A stretch of 64,000 bases of DNA from a virus (IMGVR_UViG_2934377003_000001:1-64000), one strand, 5' to 3'; counted from the first letter of the stretch, positions 27,877-37,009 are shown. A program made the numbers and translations. The notes: generated by a model not told the origin, from the letters alone.

Positions 27877-28740
27877 ATGGACACCGGACAGGCCGCAAAC
27901 CAAGCACAACAGCAATCCGAACGGCAGCGCGCCCACGAGCAGCGCGCCATCGCCGCCGCAACCCAAGCCCTCGCCCAAGCCCTCACCGACGCCCAGAACA
28001 GCGCCCTCACCCGCTGGATCCGCGAAACCGTCACCCGCCGCATCCCCGAGAAACTCGCCGAGTTCACCGCCTGGGTTCGCGCCCTCATCGGCCGCGCCTT
28101 CACCGGCAAGGGCCGCCATGCCCAAACCGTCGCCGAACACGCCGCCCACACCGCAGCCCAAAACAGCGCACAACACGCTGCCGGAATTGCCGCCGCCCTC
28201 CGAGGCCAGCCCACCCCACCCGTCCAAGCTCAGCCCGGAGACGACGCGCTCGCCGCCGCCGCCAGCATCCCCGCCGCCGTCGACGAAGAACACGGCCACA
28301 CGCTCGCACTCCTCACCACCGCCGGACTCACCGCCATGGGCCTCGCCGGGCTGACCGCCGCCTTCACCCGGGCCCGGCGCGCCATCGGCCGCATCGCGCG
28401 CGCCACCGCCACCGCCATCGGCACAGCAGCCGCACACGCCGCCCAACTCGTCGCCCACACCATCAGCCCGAACACCCGCCTCCTGTGGGTCGCCGAACCC
28501 GACGCCTGCCCCGCCTGCCCCGCCTACTCCGGCCACCACATCCGCCGCGGCGGCCGATTCCCCGGCGGCCTCACCCTCGACCCCCGCCGCCGCGCCGTAT
28601 TCCCCACCGCCATCCCCGCACCACCCCGGCACCCCCACTGCCGCTGCGTCTTGATCCCCTGGTCGGCCGCCTGGCCGGCCACCGGAACGCCCCTGCCCAC
28701 CCTGCTGCGCCAGCGCGCACGCACCGCCCGGAGGACCTGA
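27877..28740 (+). CDS. MuF-like head morphogenesis protein
   Basis: WVAEPDACPAC and PPRHPHCRC motifs. Confidence 0.75.
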   Translation: MDTGQAANQAQQQSERQRAHEQRAIAAATQALAQALTDAQNSALTRWIRETVTRRIPEKLAEFTAWVRALIGRAFTGKGRHAQTVAEHAAHTAAQNSAQHAAGIAAALRGQPTPPVQAQPGDDALAAAASIPAAVDEEHGHTLALLTTAGLTAMGLAGLTAAFTRARRAIGRIARATATAIGTAAAHAAQLVAHTISPNTRLLWVAEPDACPACPAYSGHHIRRGGRFPGGLTLDPRRRAVFPTAIPAPPRHPHCRCVLIPWSAAWPATGTPLPTLLRQRARTARRT

Positions 28741-29255
28741 TGCCGAAAGACATCATGACCGAAGACAAGTGGCCCAAGCTGCGGGAACTTCACGCCCTCG
28801 GCATGGGCCGCAACGAGATCAGCCGCGAGATGGGCATCACGAACTCGGTGATCTCCCGCACTGCCGCGCACATTGGGCTGACGTTCGACCGGTCGAAGAT
28901 CCGGGCTGCGTCCGAGGCGCGCGCTGCCGACCTTGAGGAGCGCCGCTCTCTGATCGCCGAGCAGTTCATGGCGGTCGCTGAAGATTCACTGCGCCGCATC
29001 TACGAGCCGACCACCGTGTTCTCCTTCGGCGGCAAGGACAACGACTACAACGAGCACGAGTTCCCCGAGGCTCCGAACGCGGACCGCAAGGCCCTCATCA
29101 CCGCGGCGGCGATCGCCGTGGACAAGGTGCTCAAGCTGGTGCCGCCGGCCGAGGCATCCGGGCTGGACTCGGCGAAGAGCATGCTGGGGTCGCTCGGGGA
29201 TGCCCTTGCCCGGTATTCGCGGGAGCAGGACGAGACCGAGGACGACGAGGCGTAG
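28740..29255 (+). CDS. Probable terminase small subunit with HTH
   Basis: LHALGMGRNEISREMG HTH; immediately upstream of TerL. Confidence 0.7.
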   Translation: MPKDIMTEDKWPKLRELHALGMGRNEISREMGITNSVISRTAAHIGLTFDRSKIRAASEARAADLEERRSLIAEQFMAVAEDSLRRIYEPTTVFSFGGKDNDYNEHEFPEAPNADRKALITAAAIAVDKVLKLVPPAEASGLDSAKSMLGSLGDALARYSREQDETEDDEA

Positions 29256-29257
29256 CC

Positions 29258-30508
29258 GTGCTCGACTCCCTGCCCTTGTCCCGGAAGCAGATCAGGTCTG
29301 TCGCCGAGTCGACGACCAAGATTTCCTGCTGGGAGGGGGCGATTCGGTCGGGGAAGACGATCGCTTCGCTGCTCAAGTGGTTGATCTTCATTGCGGATGC
29401 GCCGACGACGGGCGAACTCGTGATGATCGGCAAGACGTCGCAGACGATTCACCGCAACCTTTTCCTGCCTATGCAGGATCCGGCCCTGTTCGGAGAGATC
29501 GCCCACCACGTCCACTACACGCCGGGCGCGCCAACGGCGATCATTCTGGGCCGGGTGGTGCACGTCATCGGCGCCAACGACGCGAAGAGCGAACCGAAGA
29601 TCCGCGGCATGACGGTGTGCGGCGCCTACGTCGACGAGGTCACTCTCGTCCCGCAGATCTTCTTCGAGCAGCTCTACGGCCGCATGTCGGTACGCGGCGC
29701 CCAACTGCTGTGCACCACCAACCCGGACAACCCCGCGCACTGGTTCATGCGGGACTGGCTGTCCCAGGCCGGGAAGAAGCCCGTGTCCCGGTTCAGCTTC
29801 ACCATCGACGACAACCCGTTCCTCGACGAGGACTACGTCGCCGACATGAAAGCCTCCCACGAGGGCCTGTTCTACCGGCGGTTCATCCTCGGGGAGTGGG
29901 TCGCCGCAGAGGGCGCGATCTACGACTCGTGGGACCGCGACCGGCACATCGTCACAGCCCTCCCCCGAGACGGCATCCACAAGTGGATCAGCCTCGGCGT
30001 CGACTACGGCACCAGCAACCCGTTCCACGCTGTCCTCCTCGGCCTCGGCCGGGACCGTCGCCTGTACGCGGCGGCGGAGTGGCGGTACGAGGCGCGGCAG
30101 ACGAAGAAGCAGCTCACCGACACCGAGTACTCGGCCCGCCTCCGCGGCTGGCTCGGCGAGGTACCCGGGATCGGCGCCGTTCGGCCCCAGTTCATCACCG
30201 TCGACCCCAGCGCCGCCAGCTTCGTCACCCAGCTGAAGCGGGACAAGCTCACCCCGACGCCGGCGAAGAACGACGTCATGGACGGCATCCGTGTCGTCTC
30301 CAGCCTGCTCGCCTCGAACAAGCTCCTCGTCCACGAGTCCTGCAAGGCGCTGATCCAGGAGATCGGCGGCTACAGCTGGGACGACAAGGCCGCCCTGCGC
30401 GGCGAGGAGCAGCCACTCAAGGTCGCCGACCATGGCGTCGACGCCCTCCGCTACGGAATCTTCACCACCCGCCCCCTGTGGCAGCGCCAGCTCGCCCTCG
30501 CAGCCTAG
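29258..30508 (+). CDS. terL: Terminase large subunit, PBSX-like
   Basis: GAIRSGKT, YVDEV, TTNP, GVDYG, DHGVDALRY. Confidence 0.95.
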   Translation: MLDSLPLSRKQIRSVAESTTKISCWEGAIRSGKTIASLLKWLIFIADAPTTGELVMIGKTSQTIHRNLFLPMQDPALFGEIAHHVHYTPGAPTAIILGRVVHVIGANDAKSEPKIRGMTVCGAYVDEVTLVPQIFFEQLYGRMSVRGAQLLCTTNPDNPAHWFMRDWLSQAGKKPVSRFSFTIDDNPFLDEDYVADMKASHEGLFYRRFILGEWVAAEGAIYDSWDRDRHIVTALPRDGIHKWISLGVDYGTSNPFHAVLLGLGRDRRLYAAAEWRYEARQTKKQLTDTEYSARLRGWLGEVPGIGAVRPQFITVDPSAASFVTQLKRDKLTPTPAKNDVMDGIRVVSSLLASNKLLVHESCKALIQEIGGYSWDDKAALRGEEQPLKVADHGVDALRYGIFTTRPLWQRQLALAA

Positions 30509-30521
30509 AAGGAGATCCGTC

Positions 30522-32207
30522 ATGCCGCTGCCCCCGTCTGGTAACACGTCGTGGCCGCCGCCCGCCTTGGAGATTCCGCACGCCGACATGGATATGTGGC
30601 GGGCCTGGTACTCCGGCAACACCGATCACCTGGCGGCGGTGTATGGCGGGCCGGCGAATTACCGCAACAACCAGGTGGCCCGCGCGTTCTTCGAGGTGGA
30701 TCAGCGGCGCGCCGGGTCGGGTGAGTTGCGGACGTTTTGGGGTGCGGAGGTGACGCCGGGCCAGCAGTCGGCGAAGCTGCATGTGCCGATCGGCGCGGAC
30801 ATTGCGGAGCTGTCGGCGGATCTGTTGTGGGCGGATGTGCCGACGGTGACGGTGGACGCCGACTCGACGGATGCGGTGACGGCGAAGTCGACGGCGGCGC
30901 AGATCGGCCGGTATCTGGATGATCGTGGGCATGCGCGGATGCGGGAGGCGGCGGAGCTGACGGCCGGCCTGTCCAACGTGTACCTGCGGGTGGTGTGGGA
31001 CACGTCGTTGCGTCCGCGGCCGTGGACGGATGTGATTCAGCCTGAGGCGGTGGTGCCGACGTGGCGGTGGGGTGAGTTGGCGGAGGCGATCGTGTGGCGG
31101 GAGCTGGCTCCGCTGGAGGACGGGTCGAAGGTGTGGCGGCTGCTGGAGCATCACACGGCGGGTGTGATCGAGTACGGCCTGTATGAGGGCGGTGTGGGGA
31201 CGCTGGGGATGCGCGCGGACAGTCTGGGCGCGCATCCGGACACGGAGTATCTGGTGGCGCGCACGGATGCGCAGGGCAGGCAGGCGACGGGCGTCGACCG
31301 GCTGCTGATCACGCATCTGCCGAATGTGCTGCCGAACCGGGTGTGGGATGGCGTGCCGAATACGGCGCCGTTGGGCCGGTCGGATCTGTCGGGGGTGGAG
31401 CCGCTGATGGATTCGCTGGATGAGACGTGGTCGTCGTGGATGCGTGACCTGCGGCTCGGGAAGGCGCGGCTGCTGATCCCGCAGACGATGCTCGACTCCG
31501 ACGGCCCCGGCACGGGCGGCCTCTTCAACCTCGAGCAGGAAGTGCGGGTTGCCCTGTCGGGGCTGCTGGGCGGCGAGACGATGAGGGACTCGATCAGCGA
31601 GATCCAGTTCAAGATCCGGGTGGAGGAGCATGAGCAGACGTCGAAGGCGCTGCGTCTGCAGATCATGTCGTCTGCCGGGTATAGCGCGCAGCATTTCGGG
31701 GAGGCGGGGGCGGTCGCGGCGACGGCGACGGAGGTCGCGGCCCGTAAGGAGGAGTCGCTGACGACGCGTGGGACGAAGTTGCTGTATCAGCGGCCGGCAC
31801 TGCTGGATCATTTGACGGTGATGATGATGGTTGATGTCCGGCACTGCGGTGCGAAGGGTGTGGATCCGGCGGCGGAGTTGACGGCGTCTTGGCCGCAGGC
31901 TGTGCAGCCGGATCAGGAGGCGACGGCGCGCACCCTGTCGCTATTGGACGCGGCGGGGGCGATCTCGACGTTCATGAAGGTGAAGTGGCGGTCGCCGGAG
32001 TTGGATGACGCGGAGGTGGCGGCGGAGGTGGCGCGGATCCGCGCGGACAAGCAGTCTGCGACCCCGGCCGGGGACCCGTTCAACACCGGTGGGCGGCCGG
32101 GCGAGCCGGGCGACGAGAGCGCGGAGAGCGATGACGTCGAGGCCGGCGCGGATGAGGGCTTGGACGACGAGGAAGACGACGACGGGGCGGGGTTGAGGGC
32201 GGCGTGA
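30522..32207 (+). CDS. Portal protein
   Basis: After TerL, AAGGAG RBS, HLPN...LGRSD...LDETWSSW...ATATEV. Confidence 0.88.
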   Translation: MPLPPSGNTSWPPPALEIPHADMDMWRAWYSGNTDHLAAVYGGPANYRNNQVARAFFEVDQRRAGSGELRTFWGAEVTPGQQSAKLHVPIGADIAELSADLLWADVPTVTVDADSTDAVTAKSTAAQIGRYLDDRGHARMREAAELTAGLSNVYLRVVWDTSLRPRPWTDVIQPEAVVPTWRWGELAEAIVWRELAPLEDGSKVWRLLEHHTAGVIEYGLYEGGVGTLGMRADSLGAHPDTEYLVARTDAQGRQATGVDRLLITHLPNVLPNRVWDGVPNTAPLGRSDLSGVEPLMDSLDETWSSWMRDLRLGKARLLIPQTMLDSDGPGTGGLFNLEQEVRVALSGLLGGETMRDSISEIQFKIRVEEHEQTSKALRLQIMSSAGYSAQHFGEAGAVAATATEVAARKEESLTTRGTKLLYQRPALLDHLTVMMMVDVRHCGAKGVDPAAELTASWPQAVQPDQEATARTLSLLDAAGAISTFMKVKWRSPELDDAEVAAEVARIRADKQSATPAGDPFNTGGRPGEPGDESAESDDVEAGADEGLDDEEDDDGAGLRAA

Positions 32208-32223
32208 GGCGCACACTGGTCGC

Positions 32224-32463
32224 ATGACCACAGCGAGCGGATACGAGCCCGGTCAGTGCAGTGCCGCGTGCCACCGGGTGAGGTACTCGTCTGTCCTGCT
32301 GCGTCGGGGGTTTCGGCGGCGGGTCCATGCGGTGCGGGATGCTCACCTGGGTGTGGACTTGTGCGTCGGCGAGTCAAGTGAGTTCGTGCAGCGGCGGACC
32401 GTGACGCTCAACGGCTGGGAGCGGATGGAGCGGTTGGTGGGCGGGGGCTTGCGCGGGGCTTAG
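32224..32463 (+). CDS. Hypothetical protein
   Basis: Short ORF continuing the plus operon. Confidence 0.4.
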   Translation: MTTASGYEPGQCSAACHRVRYSSVLLRRGFRRRVHAVRDAHLGVDLCVGESSEFVQRRTVTLNGWERMERLVGGGLRGA

Positions 32464-32627
32464 CGGCGGCGGGTTCGTTTCCGTGCGGGGAGCCGACGGT
32501 AGCGGGTCACTGGCCCGCCTTTCGTGGCGTGGGCCTTCGCCCTGGCGTAGCGCCGGAGTCGGGGGTTCGCGAAGAACAGCTTCCACTGGGCGCGGCTCTT
32601 GAAGCCGGTGTGTCGTCGTCCGGGCAT
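32460..32627 (-). CDS. Small very basic protein
   Basis: AGGAGG RBS; Arg/Lys-rich, 55 aa. Confidence 0.6.
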   Translation of the reverse strand: MPGRRHTGFKSRAQWKLFFANPRLRRYARAKAHATKGGPVTRYRRLPARKRTRRR

Positions 32628-32717
32628 GGGGTCACCTCCTTCCGGTGCTTCCCGTACAGTCTGCCCGCGCATGCCTGAGGGCCCGCACTGGTCTGGTGCG
32701 GGCCCTCGGCGGTGGGG

Positions 32718-32840
32718 TCACTTCTGGGCGGGTAGTGGTCTGCCGCATCGGGCGCAGTGGGTGTGTCCGGGGCGTCGGATGTGGCCTGCGGTGCGTTCGT
32801 TGCCGTAGGCGTCGACGCATCTGTCGATCAGCGGGGTCAT
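32718..32840 (-). CDS. Small Cys/His protein
   Basis: C...H...CARC, tightly packed operon. Confidence 0.45.
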   Translation of the reverse strand: MTPLIDRCVDAYGNERTAGHIRRPGHTHCARCGRPLPAQK

Positions 32841-32845
32841 CGTTC

Positions 32846-33031
32846 TCACTCCTCGGCGGCACGCTGACGTGCGATGCAGTTGTGGGCGGGCAGGGTCTCC
32901 AGCGTCTTCGTGCGGACGACGGTTCCGCAGTCGGAGCACGGGATCAGGCCGGTGCAGTACCAGTCGCGCTCCTCATCCTCGATCAGAGCTTCCTCGTGCA
33001 GTCGGTCCAGCACGCGCTGCACCACGTCCAT
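32846..33031 (-). CDS. Small zinc-finger-like protein
   Basis: CSDC...HNC; GAGGA RBS. Confidence 0.55.
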   Translation of the reverse strand: MDVVQRVLDRLHEEALIEDEERDWYCTGLIPCSDCGTVVRTKTLETLPAHNCIARQRAAEE

Positions 33032-33032
33032 G

Positions 33033-33251
33033 GCTGGTGTCCTCACTTCTCGGTGGCGCGTCGGCAGGCGGGGCAGGTGACGGGCGCGTTGTCGGGCAGG
33101 AAGTCGCCGGCCTCGGCGTTTCGGTCGCAAGCGGTGACACGGTCGGAGTGGCCGACTGCGTAGCCGACGGCGTGGGTGTGGCGGCCTCGGGGGAGCCTCA
33201 CCCGCTCGGGCCACTTCGCGCTCATGCTGGTCTCCTCACTTCTCGGTGGCG
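33033..33251. repeat. 26-bp direct repeat at consecutive gene boundaries
   Basis: GCTGGT(G/C)TCCTCACTTCTCGGTGGCG at 33033-33058 and 33226-33251. Confidence 0.85.
33043..33225 (-). CDS. Small zinc-finger-like protein
   Basis: H...TAC...VTCPAC; RBS lies in the boundary repeat. Confidence 0.6.
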   Translation of the reverse strand: MSAKWPERVRLPRGRHTHAVGYAVGHSDRVTACDRNAEAGDFLPDNAPVTCPACRRATEK

Positions 33252-33415
33252 GGGTCGGCGGCGGCCTTCTGCTGCTGACGCCACTGGTAGCGGAGTTCCT
33301 GGGCGTCCTCCCAGAGCTGGTCGTAGCGGGAGCGGGCGTTGACGAACGCTTTGCGCGCGTCCTCGATGTCCTCCTCCAGGCGGCGCTTCCGCTCCTCGTA
33401 CTCGTCCTCCGTCAT
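33236..33415 (-). CDS. Small coiled-coil protein
   Basis: GAGGAG RBS, charged helix. Confidence 0.6.
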   Translation of the reverse strand: MTEDEYEERKRRLEEDIEDARKAFVNARSRYDQLWEDAQELRYQWRQQQKAAADPATEK

Positions 33416-33417
33416 GG

Positions 33418-33657
33418 TCAGGCTCCTCGCTCCTCGTCTGCGTTCATGATGCCGATGGCGGCGATGTCGCCCCGGCTGAGTTGGTAGGTGCATCCGTCGG
33501 CCTCGGCGGTGATCCCGCCGGGGCCCGCTTCGGTGATCTCGTAGACGCGGGTCTGGTTGTCGCGCATTCCGGCGTTCGGGAACCGCACCCGGTCGCCGGG
33601 CGCGTACCGGCGGCCGCCGATGTCGAAGGCGGCATCGGTGCGGGGTTCGGTGGTCAC
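33418..33657 (-). CDS. Hypothetical protein
   Basis: GTGA overlap with the upstream gene. Confidence 0.55.
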   Translation of the reverse strand: MTTEPRTDAAFDIGGRRYAPGDRVRFPNAGMRDNQTRVYEITEAGPGGITAEADGCTYQLSRGDIAAIGIMNADEERGA

Positions 33658-33884
33658 GGCTTCTCCGGGTAGGCGGTTTCGAAGTGCTCCCAGCGCCCGT
33701 AGTCGACGCTCCACTTCTCGACGCGGATACGGACGGTCCGGCTGGTTCCGTTGGCGATGCGCTCCTTCTCTGCGGCCACTTCCCGGTAGGTCTCGGGCTC
33801 GGAACGGTGCTTGGTCTCCACGACGGAACCGGGCGTCGTGTGCAGCAGACGCCACGGACGGGACGGCTTCTTCGGAGTGGGCAT
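33654..33884 (-). CDS. Hypothetical protein
   Basis: GAGGA RBS, operon packing. Confidence 0.55.
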   Translation of the reverse strand: MPTPKKPSRPWRLLHTTPGSVVETKHRSEPETYREVAAEKERIANGTSRTVRIRVEKWSVDYGRWEHFETAYPEKP

Positions 33885-33886
33885 GG

Positions 33887-34009
33887 TCAATCCTCGTCTC
33901 GGTCGGTCCAGTAGCGTCTGTCGGCGGCGGCTGCTTGGGCGGGGGTTTCGTCCCACCAGTCGGCGGGAGGCCCCGGCTCGACCAGCGGGGCAGGCGGCTG
34001 GGCGGTCAC
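33887..34009 (-). CDS. Small hypothetical protein
   Basis: GTGA overlap; fills the operon gap. Confidence 0.4.
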   Translation of the reverse strand: MTAQPPAPLVEPGPPADWWDETPAQAAAADRRYWTDRDED

Positions 34010-34530
34010 GTCGGGAACACCTCCGGGTGGGCGGCCTTCCAGTCCAGCCAGTGCGGCATCGGCTCGTCGCCGATGGTGTGGCAGAGGTCCATGACCTGTT
34101 CCAGCGAGAGCGGGCCGGGGTGCTTCGTGTACTCGTGTTCGGTGCCCCGGGTCTTGGGACTGGACGGCACGTAGGTGGGCCCGTTCTGCCAGGTGACGAC
34201 GCGGTATCCCCAGTCGTCGGCGCCGTACTTGATGAAGACGCGGGTGACGACGCGACCTTCGACGTCGAGGGGCCGCTGGAGCATCCGCTGCCGCCCGCGG
34301 TCGCCGAGGAAGTAGTGGATGTACTCGTCGATGTAGGACCGCAGCATCGCGGCCTCGGCGTCGGTGGGCCGTTCGGCGCTGCCCCAGCTGTACGGCCCGG
34401 TGTCTACGTCGATGTAGGCGGCGATGTACTTCCATTCCGGGTTGAAGCTGGTGACGACGGGGATGCGGAGCTTCGTCAGCGGGTCGCTCTCGGCAGCATC
34501 GGTGCCGAACGGCCAGGCGGCGGTCATCAC
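34006..34530 (-). CDS. Hypothetical protein
   Basis: Strong GC3 bias, overlapping start/stop. Confidence 0.7.
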   Translation of the reverse strand: MMTAAWPFGTDAAESDPLTKLRIPVVTSFNPEWKYIAAYIDVDTGPYSWGSAERPTDAEAAMLRSYIDEYIHYFLGDRGRQRMLQRPLDVEGRVVTRVFIKYGADDWGYRVVTWQNGPTYVPSSPKTRGTEHEYTKHPGPLSLEQVMDLCHTIGDEPMPHWLDWKAAHPEVFPT

Positions 34531-34820
34531 TGCTCCTGCTGGTCGTCGCCGAGGGCGATGGCGTGGACGCGGCGGACGGTGAACGGCTCACCCGAGGCGA
34601 TGCCGCCGCGCTCCATCTCGTCGCACAGATCCATCACCCTGCTGAGGCGGTCGGCGGTCTCGGTCTCCCGCTCGAAGTTCGCCAGGATCACTTCGGCGTC
34701 CGCGTGGGTGTGGGTGGCGGACAGTACGGCCAGCAGGTACTGGCGGGCAGTCATCGATCGGCGGGCGGCGATCTTTTCGCGGACCCGGGCCTTTGCGGCG
34801 GCCTTCTCTTCGGCGTTCAT
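34527..34820 (-). CDS. Hypothetical protein
   Basis: AGGAG RBS. Confidence 0.6.
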   Translation of the reverse strand: MNAEEKAAAKARVREKIAARRSMTARQYLLAVLSATHTHADAEVILANFERETETADRLSRVMDLCDEMERGGIASGEPFTVRRVHAIALGDDQQEQ

Positions 34821-34918
34821 GATTCTCCTAGCTGGGTTGGGATGTGGGCCCACCGCGCGGTGAGCCCAGGATTGTGGGCGGTGGGAACCTTGGAGGCCCC
34901 CGGCCCGGCTGCGGGTGG

Positions 34919-35197
34919 TTACAGGAGGCCTTCGGGGTCGGCGAAGCGGGCGGTGGTGCGCGCCCAGTGGTGCCGGGCGTCGTGCCCGTCGGAGATCAGG
35001 ACGGCGTTGCGGAGCGCCGCGATGAACTGCGCCCGCCGCAAGCCGTCGAACCCGAACTCGGTGACCGCCTGTTCGCGGATGAGTCGCACGTCGTGCGGGG
35101 TGACCAGGTCGTCGGTCGGCAGCTCGGACAGGTACAGAGCCTGCCCGGCGGGGGTGAGCGTCGTGTCGACCCAGTCGGGGTTGAGGTCGGGGTTCAC
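34919..35197 (-). CDS. Hypothetical protein
   Basis: AAGGAG RBS, GC3 bias. Confidence 0.65.
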   Translation of the reverse strand: MNPDLNPDWVDTTLTPAGQALYLSELPTDDLVTPHDVRLIREQAVTEFGFDGLRRAQFIAALRNAVLISDGHDARHHWARTTARFADPEGLL

Positions 35198-35374
35198 GGC
35201 GGGCTCCTTCGCGGGGTGATGGGCGGCTGATCAGCGCCGGGCGCGGCGGACGGCCCAGCGGGCGGTTTCGGTGACGGCCATGACGGCGACCGCGACAACC
35301 GCAGCCACCTGCACCTCACCGGTGCGGGCCCAGGCAGCGAACTCGGCGATGAAACCCATGACGACTCCTTCGGG

Positions 35375-35713
35375 TCAGGCGGCGAGGACGAGTCGGGCGG
35401 CGGCGAGCTTGAACGCGAGCCGGCGGGGCCGGTATGCGGCGGCGATGAGGGCGACGGCGGCGGGCGTGTACCGCTGGCAGTCCCGCATCCGCCGGCCGCG
35501 GTGGATGCGGCCCGGGATGCCGACGACGCCCAGCTTGGCGGCGACTTTGCGCAACGTGCTGACCATGCTGCGGGCGTCGCGCGGGGCGAGTCCCTGAGCG
35601 ATGGCGTGCGAGGCGAGGGTGCCGGTGCCGCGACGGTTGATGCGGGAGGCGGCACGGGTGGTGCGGGCGCGAGCCTTCAGCGCGGCGCGGCGGGCGCGGT
35701 TCGAGCGGATCAT
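35375..35713 (-). CDS. Basic hypothetical protein, first gene of the leftward operon
   Basis: AAGGGGG RBS, Arg/Ala-rich. Confidence 0.65.
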   Translation of the reverse strand: MIRSNRARRAALKARARTTRAASRINRRGTGTLASHAIAQGLAPRDARSMVSTLRKVAAKLGVVGIPGRIHRGRRMRDCQRYTPAAVALIAAAYRPRRLAFKLAAARLVLAA

Positions 35714-35734
35714 GCGGGTCCCCCTTGGTGCGAC

Positions 35735-35856
35735 TGCCAACTTTCTTGGCACTTCGATAGTGACACGCCCACCCGGCGGAGTGCAACATAGTTGGCATGA
35801 CGAATCCCCGAATCAGTGCCCACTCGGTTGGCAGTGAGCTGCCTACCGACTTGGCA
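35735..35856. promoter_or_regulatory. Four 17-bp palindromic operators, consensus TGCCaAC-N4-TTGGCA
   Basis: Copies at 35735-35751, 35781-35797, 35817-35833 and 35840-35856 in a divergent gap. Confidence 0.8.
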
Positions 35857-35880
35857 GCCACACGTGAGATCATCTGGGAC

Positions 35881-36123
35881 ATGACGCCACGCCCCGACCC
35901 TCAGACCGAGGCCGCCTGGCTTCGCAAGCTCGACCGCGCAACCACGGCCCACGAGAAGGCCAGGGTCACGCTCGACGAACTCGTCGCTGACGCGCGAGCA
36001 GCCGGCGTCCCCCTCATGACCATCGCCAAGCACACGCCCTACAGCCGCGAGTGGGCACGAAAGATCGCTGACCGCATCGACAAGGAGCGAGCCGCCAGAA
36101 AGGCAGCCGAGGAGGGTTCATGA
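35881..36123 (+). CDS. Small HTH DNA-binding protein
   Basis: ARAAGVPLMTIAKHTPYSREWARKI HTH-like; divergent from the operator cluster. Confidence 0.7.
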   Translation: MTPRPDPQTEAAWLRKLDRATTAHEKARVTLDELVADARAAGVPLMTIAKHTPYSREWARKIADRIDKERAARKAAEEGS

Positions 36124-36593
36124 CGACTGCCGTAACCCGCACGGCCCTCTACCGGCTGTACGACATCGACGACCGCCTCCTCTACATCGGCATAGCTGTT
36201 GATCCGGAGACTCGATTGCGGGTGCATTCGCGCGAGAAGACGTGGTGGCCCATGGTCGCGCAGCGCTCAATCGAGTGGTTCGCCGACCGGCCTGCGGCCG
36301 AGGCGGCGGAGAGGTCGGCCATCGTCACCGAAAAGCCAGTGCACAACGTTTCGCACTCCACCACCCGCAAGCGCGGGGACGCGATCCGCGAGTATCGAAG
36401 CCCTTACCCCAAGCCCCGGCAGGTGCGCATCGCCACCCAGCGATGGGGCGAGTTCGGGCGTGTAGCAAGGCTCGGGGGGACGTCGCGAGGCAAGGTCGTG
36501 GCACAGCTCATCGACTGGTACATCGGCGAGCCTGGAGCCGAGCTGCCGGTTCGGCCCCAGAAGGTCCAGGCCGGGGAGGCGCAGGATGGATGA
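36120..36593 (+). CDS. GIY-YIG nuclease family protein with C-terminal RHH-like domain
   Basis: ALYRLYD...LLYIGI...RLRVH...AERSAI...PVHN. Confidence 0.8.
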   Translation: MTTAVTRTALYRLYDIDDRLLYIGIAVDPETRLRVHSREKTWWPMVAQRSIEWFADRPAAEAAERSAIVTEKPVHNVSHSTTRKRGDAIREYRSPYPKPRQVRIATQRWGEFGRVARLGGTSRGKVVAQLIDWYIGEPGAELPVRPQKVQAGEAQDG

Positions 36594-36960
36594 GCTGGTG
36601 CAGTGGCTGCGCGCGCAGCTCGACGGGGACGAGCGGACCGCGCGGGCGGCTGACGGCGAGCTCTCCGCCGTGTTCACCCGGATCGGCAGCTTCGACCCGG
36701 AGATGGCGGCCGACGAGCGGCACATCATGACGCACCAGCCGGCGCGGGTGCTGCGCGAGATCGACGCCAAGCGGCGCACCTTGGAGCGGCACACCCCCCA
36801 CAGCAGCGGAACAGCCGATTGCTCGGTGCACTGCGAGCGGGCCCATCCTGGCGTACAGGTGTGCAACCACGACGGCCGCCGCTGGCCCTGTCCCGACGCT
36901 CTCGACCTGACAGCCGGATACGCGGACCGGCCCGGCTACCGGGAGACGTGGCGCCCGTAG
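36586..36960 (+). CDS. DUF6221-like protein
   Basis: LVQWLRAQLDGDE, PARVLREIDAKR, YADRPGYRETW. Confidence 0.75.
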   Translation: MDELVQWLRAQLDGDERTARAADGELSAVFTRIGSFDPEMAADERHIMTHQPARVLREIDAKRRTLERHTPHSSGTADCSVHCERAHPGVQVCNHDGRRWPCPDALDLTAGYADRPGYRETWRP

Positions 36961-36968
36961 CCGAACGA

Positions 36969-37009
36969 CGGAAGGCCCCGCACCGGAGCGATCCGGGCGG
37001 GGCCTTCCG
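36969..37009. terminator. Bidirectional hairpin terminator
   Basis: CGGAAGGCCCCGC...GCGGGGCCTTCCG between convergent genes. Confidence 0.75.
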
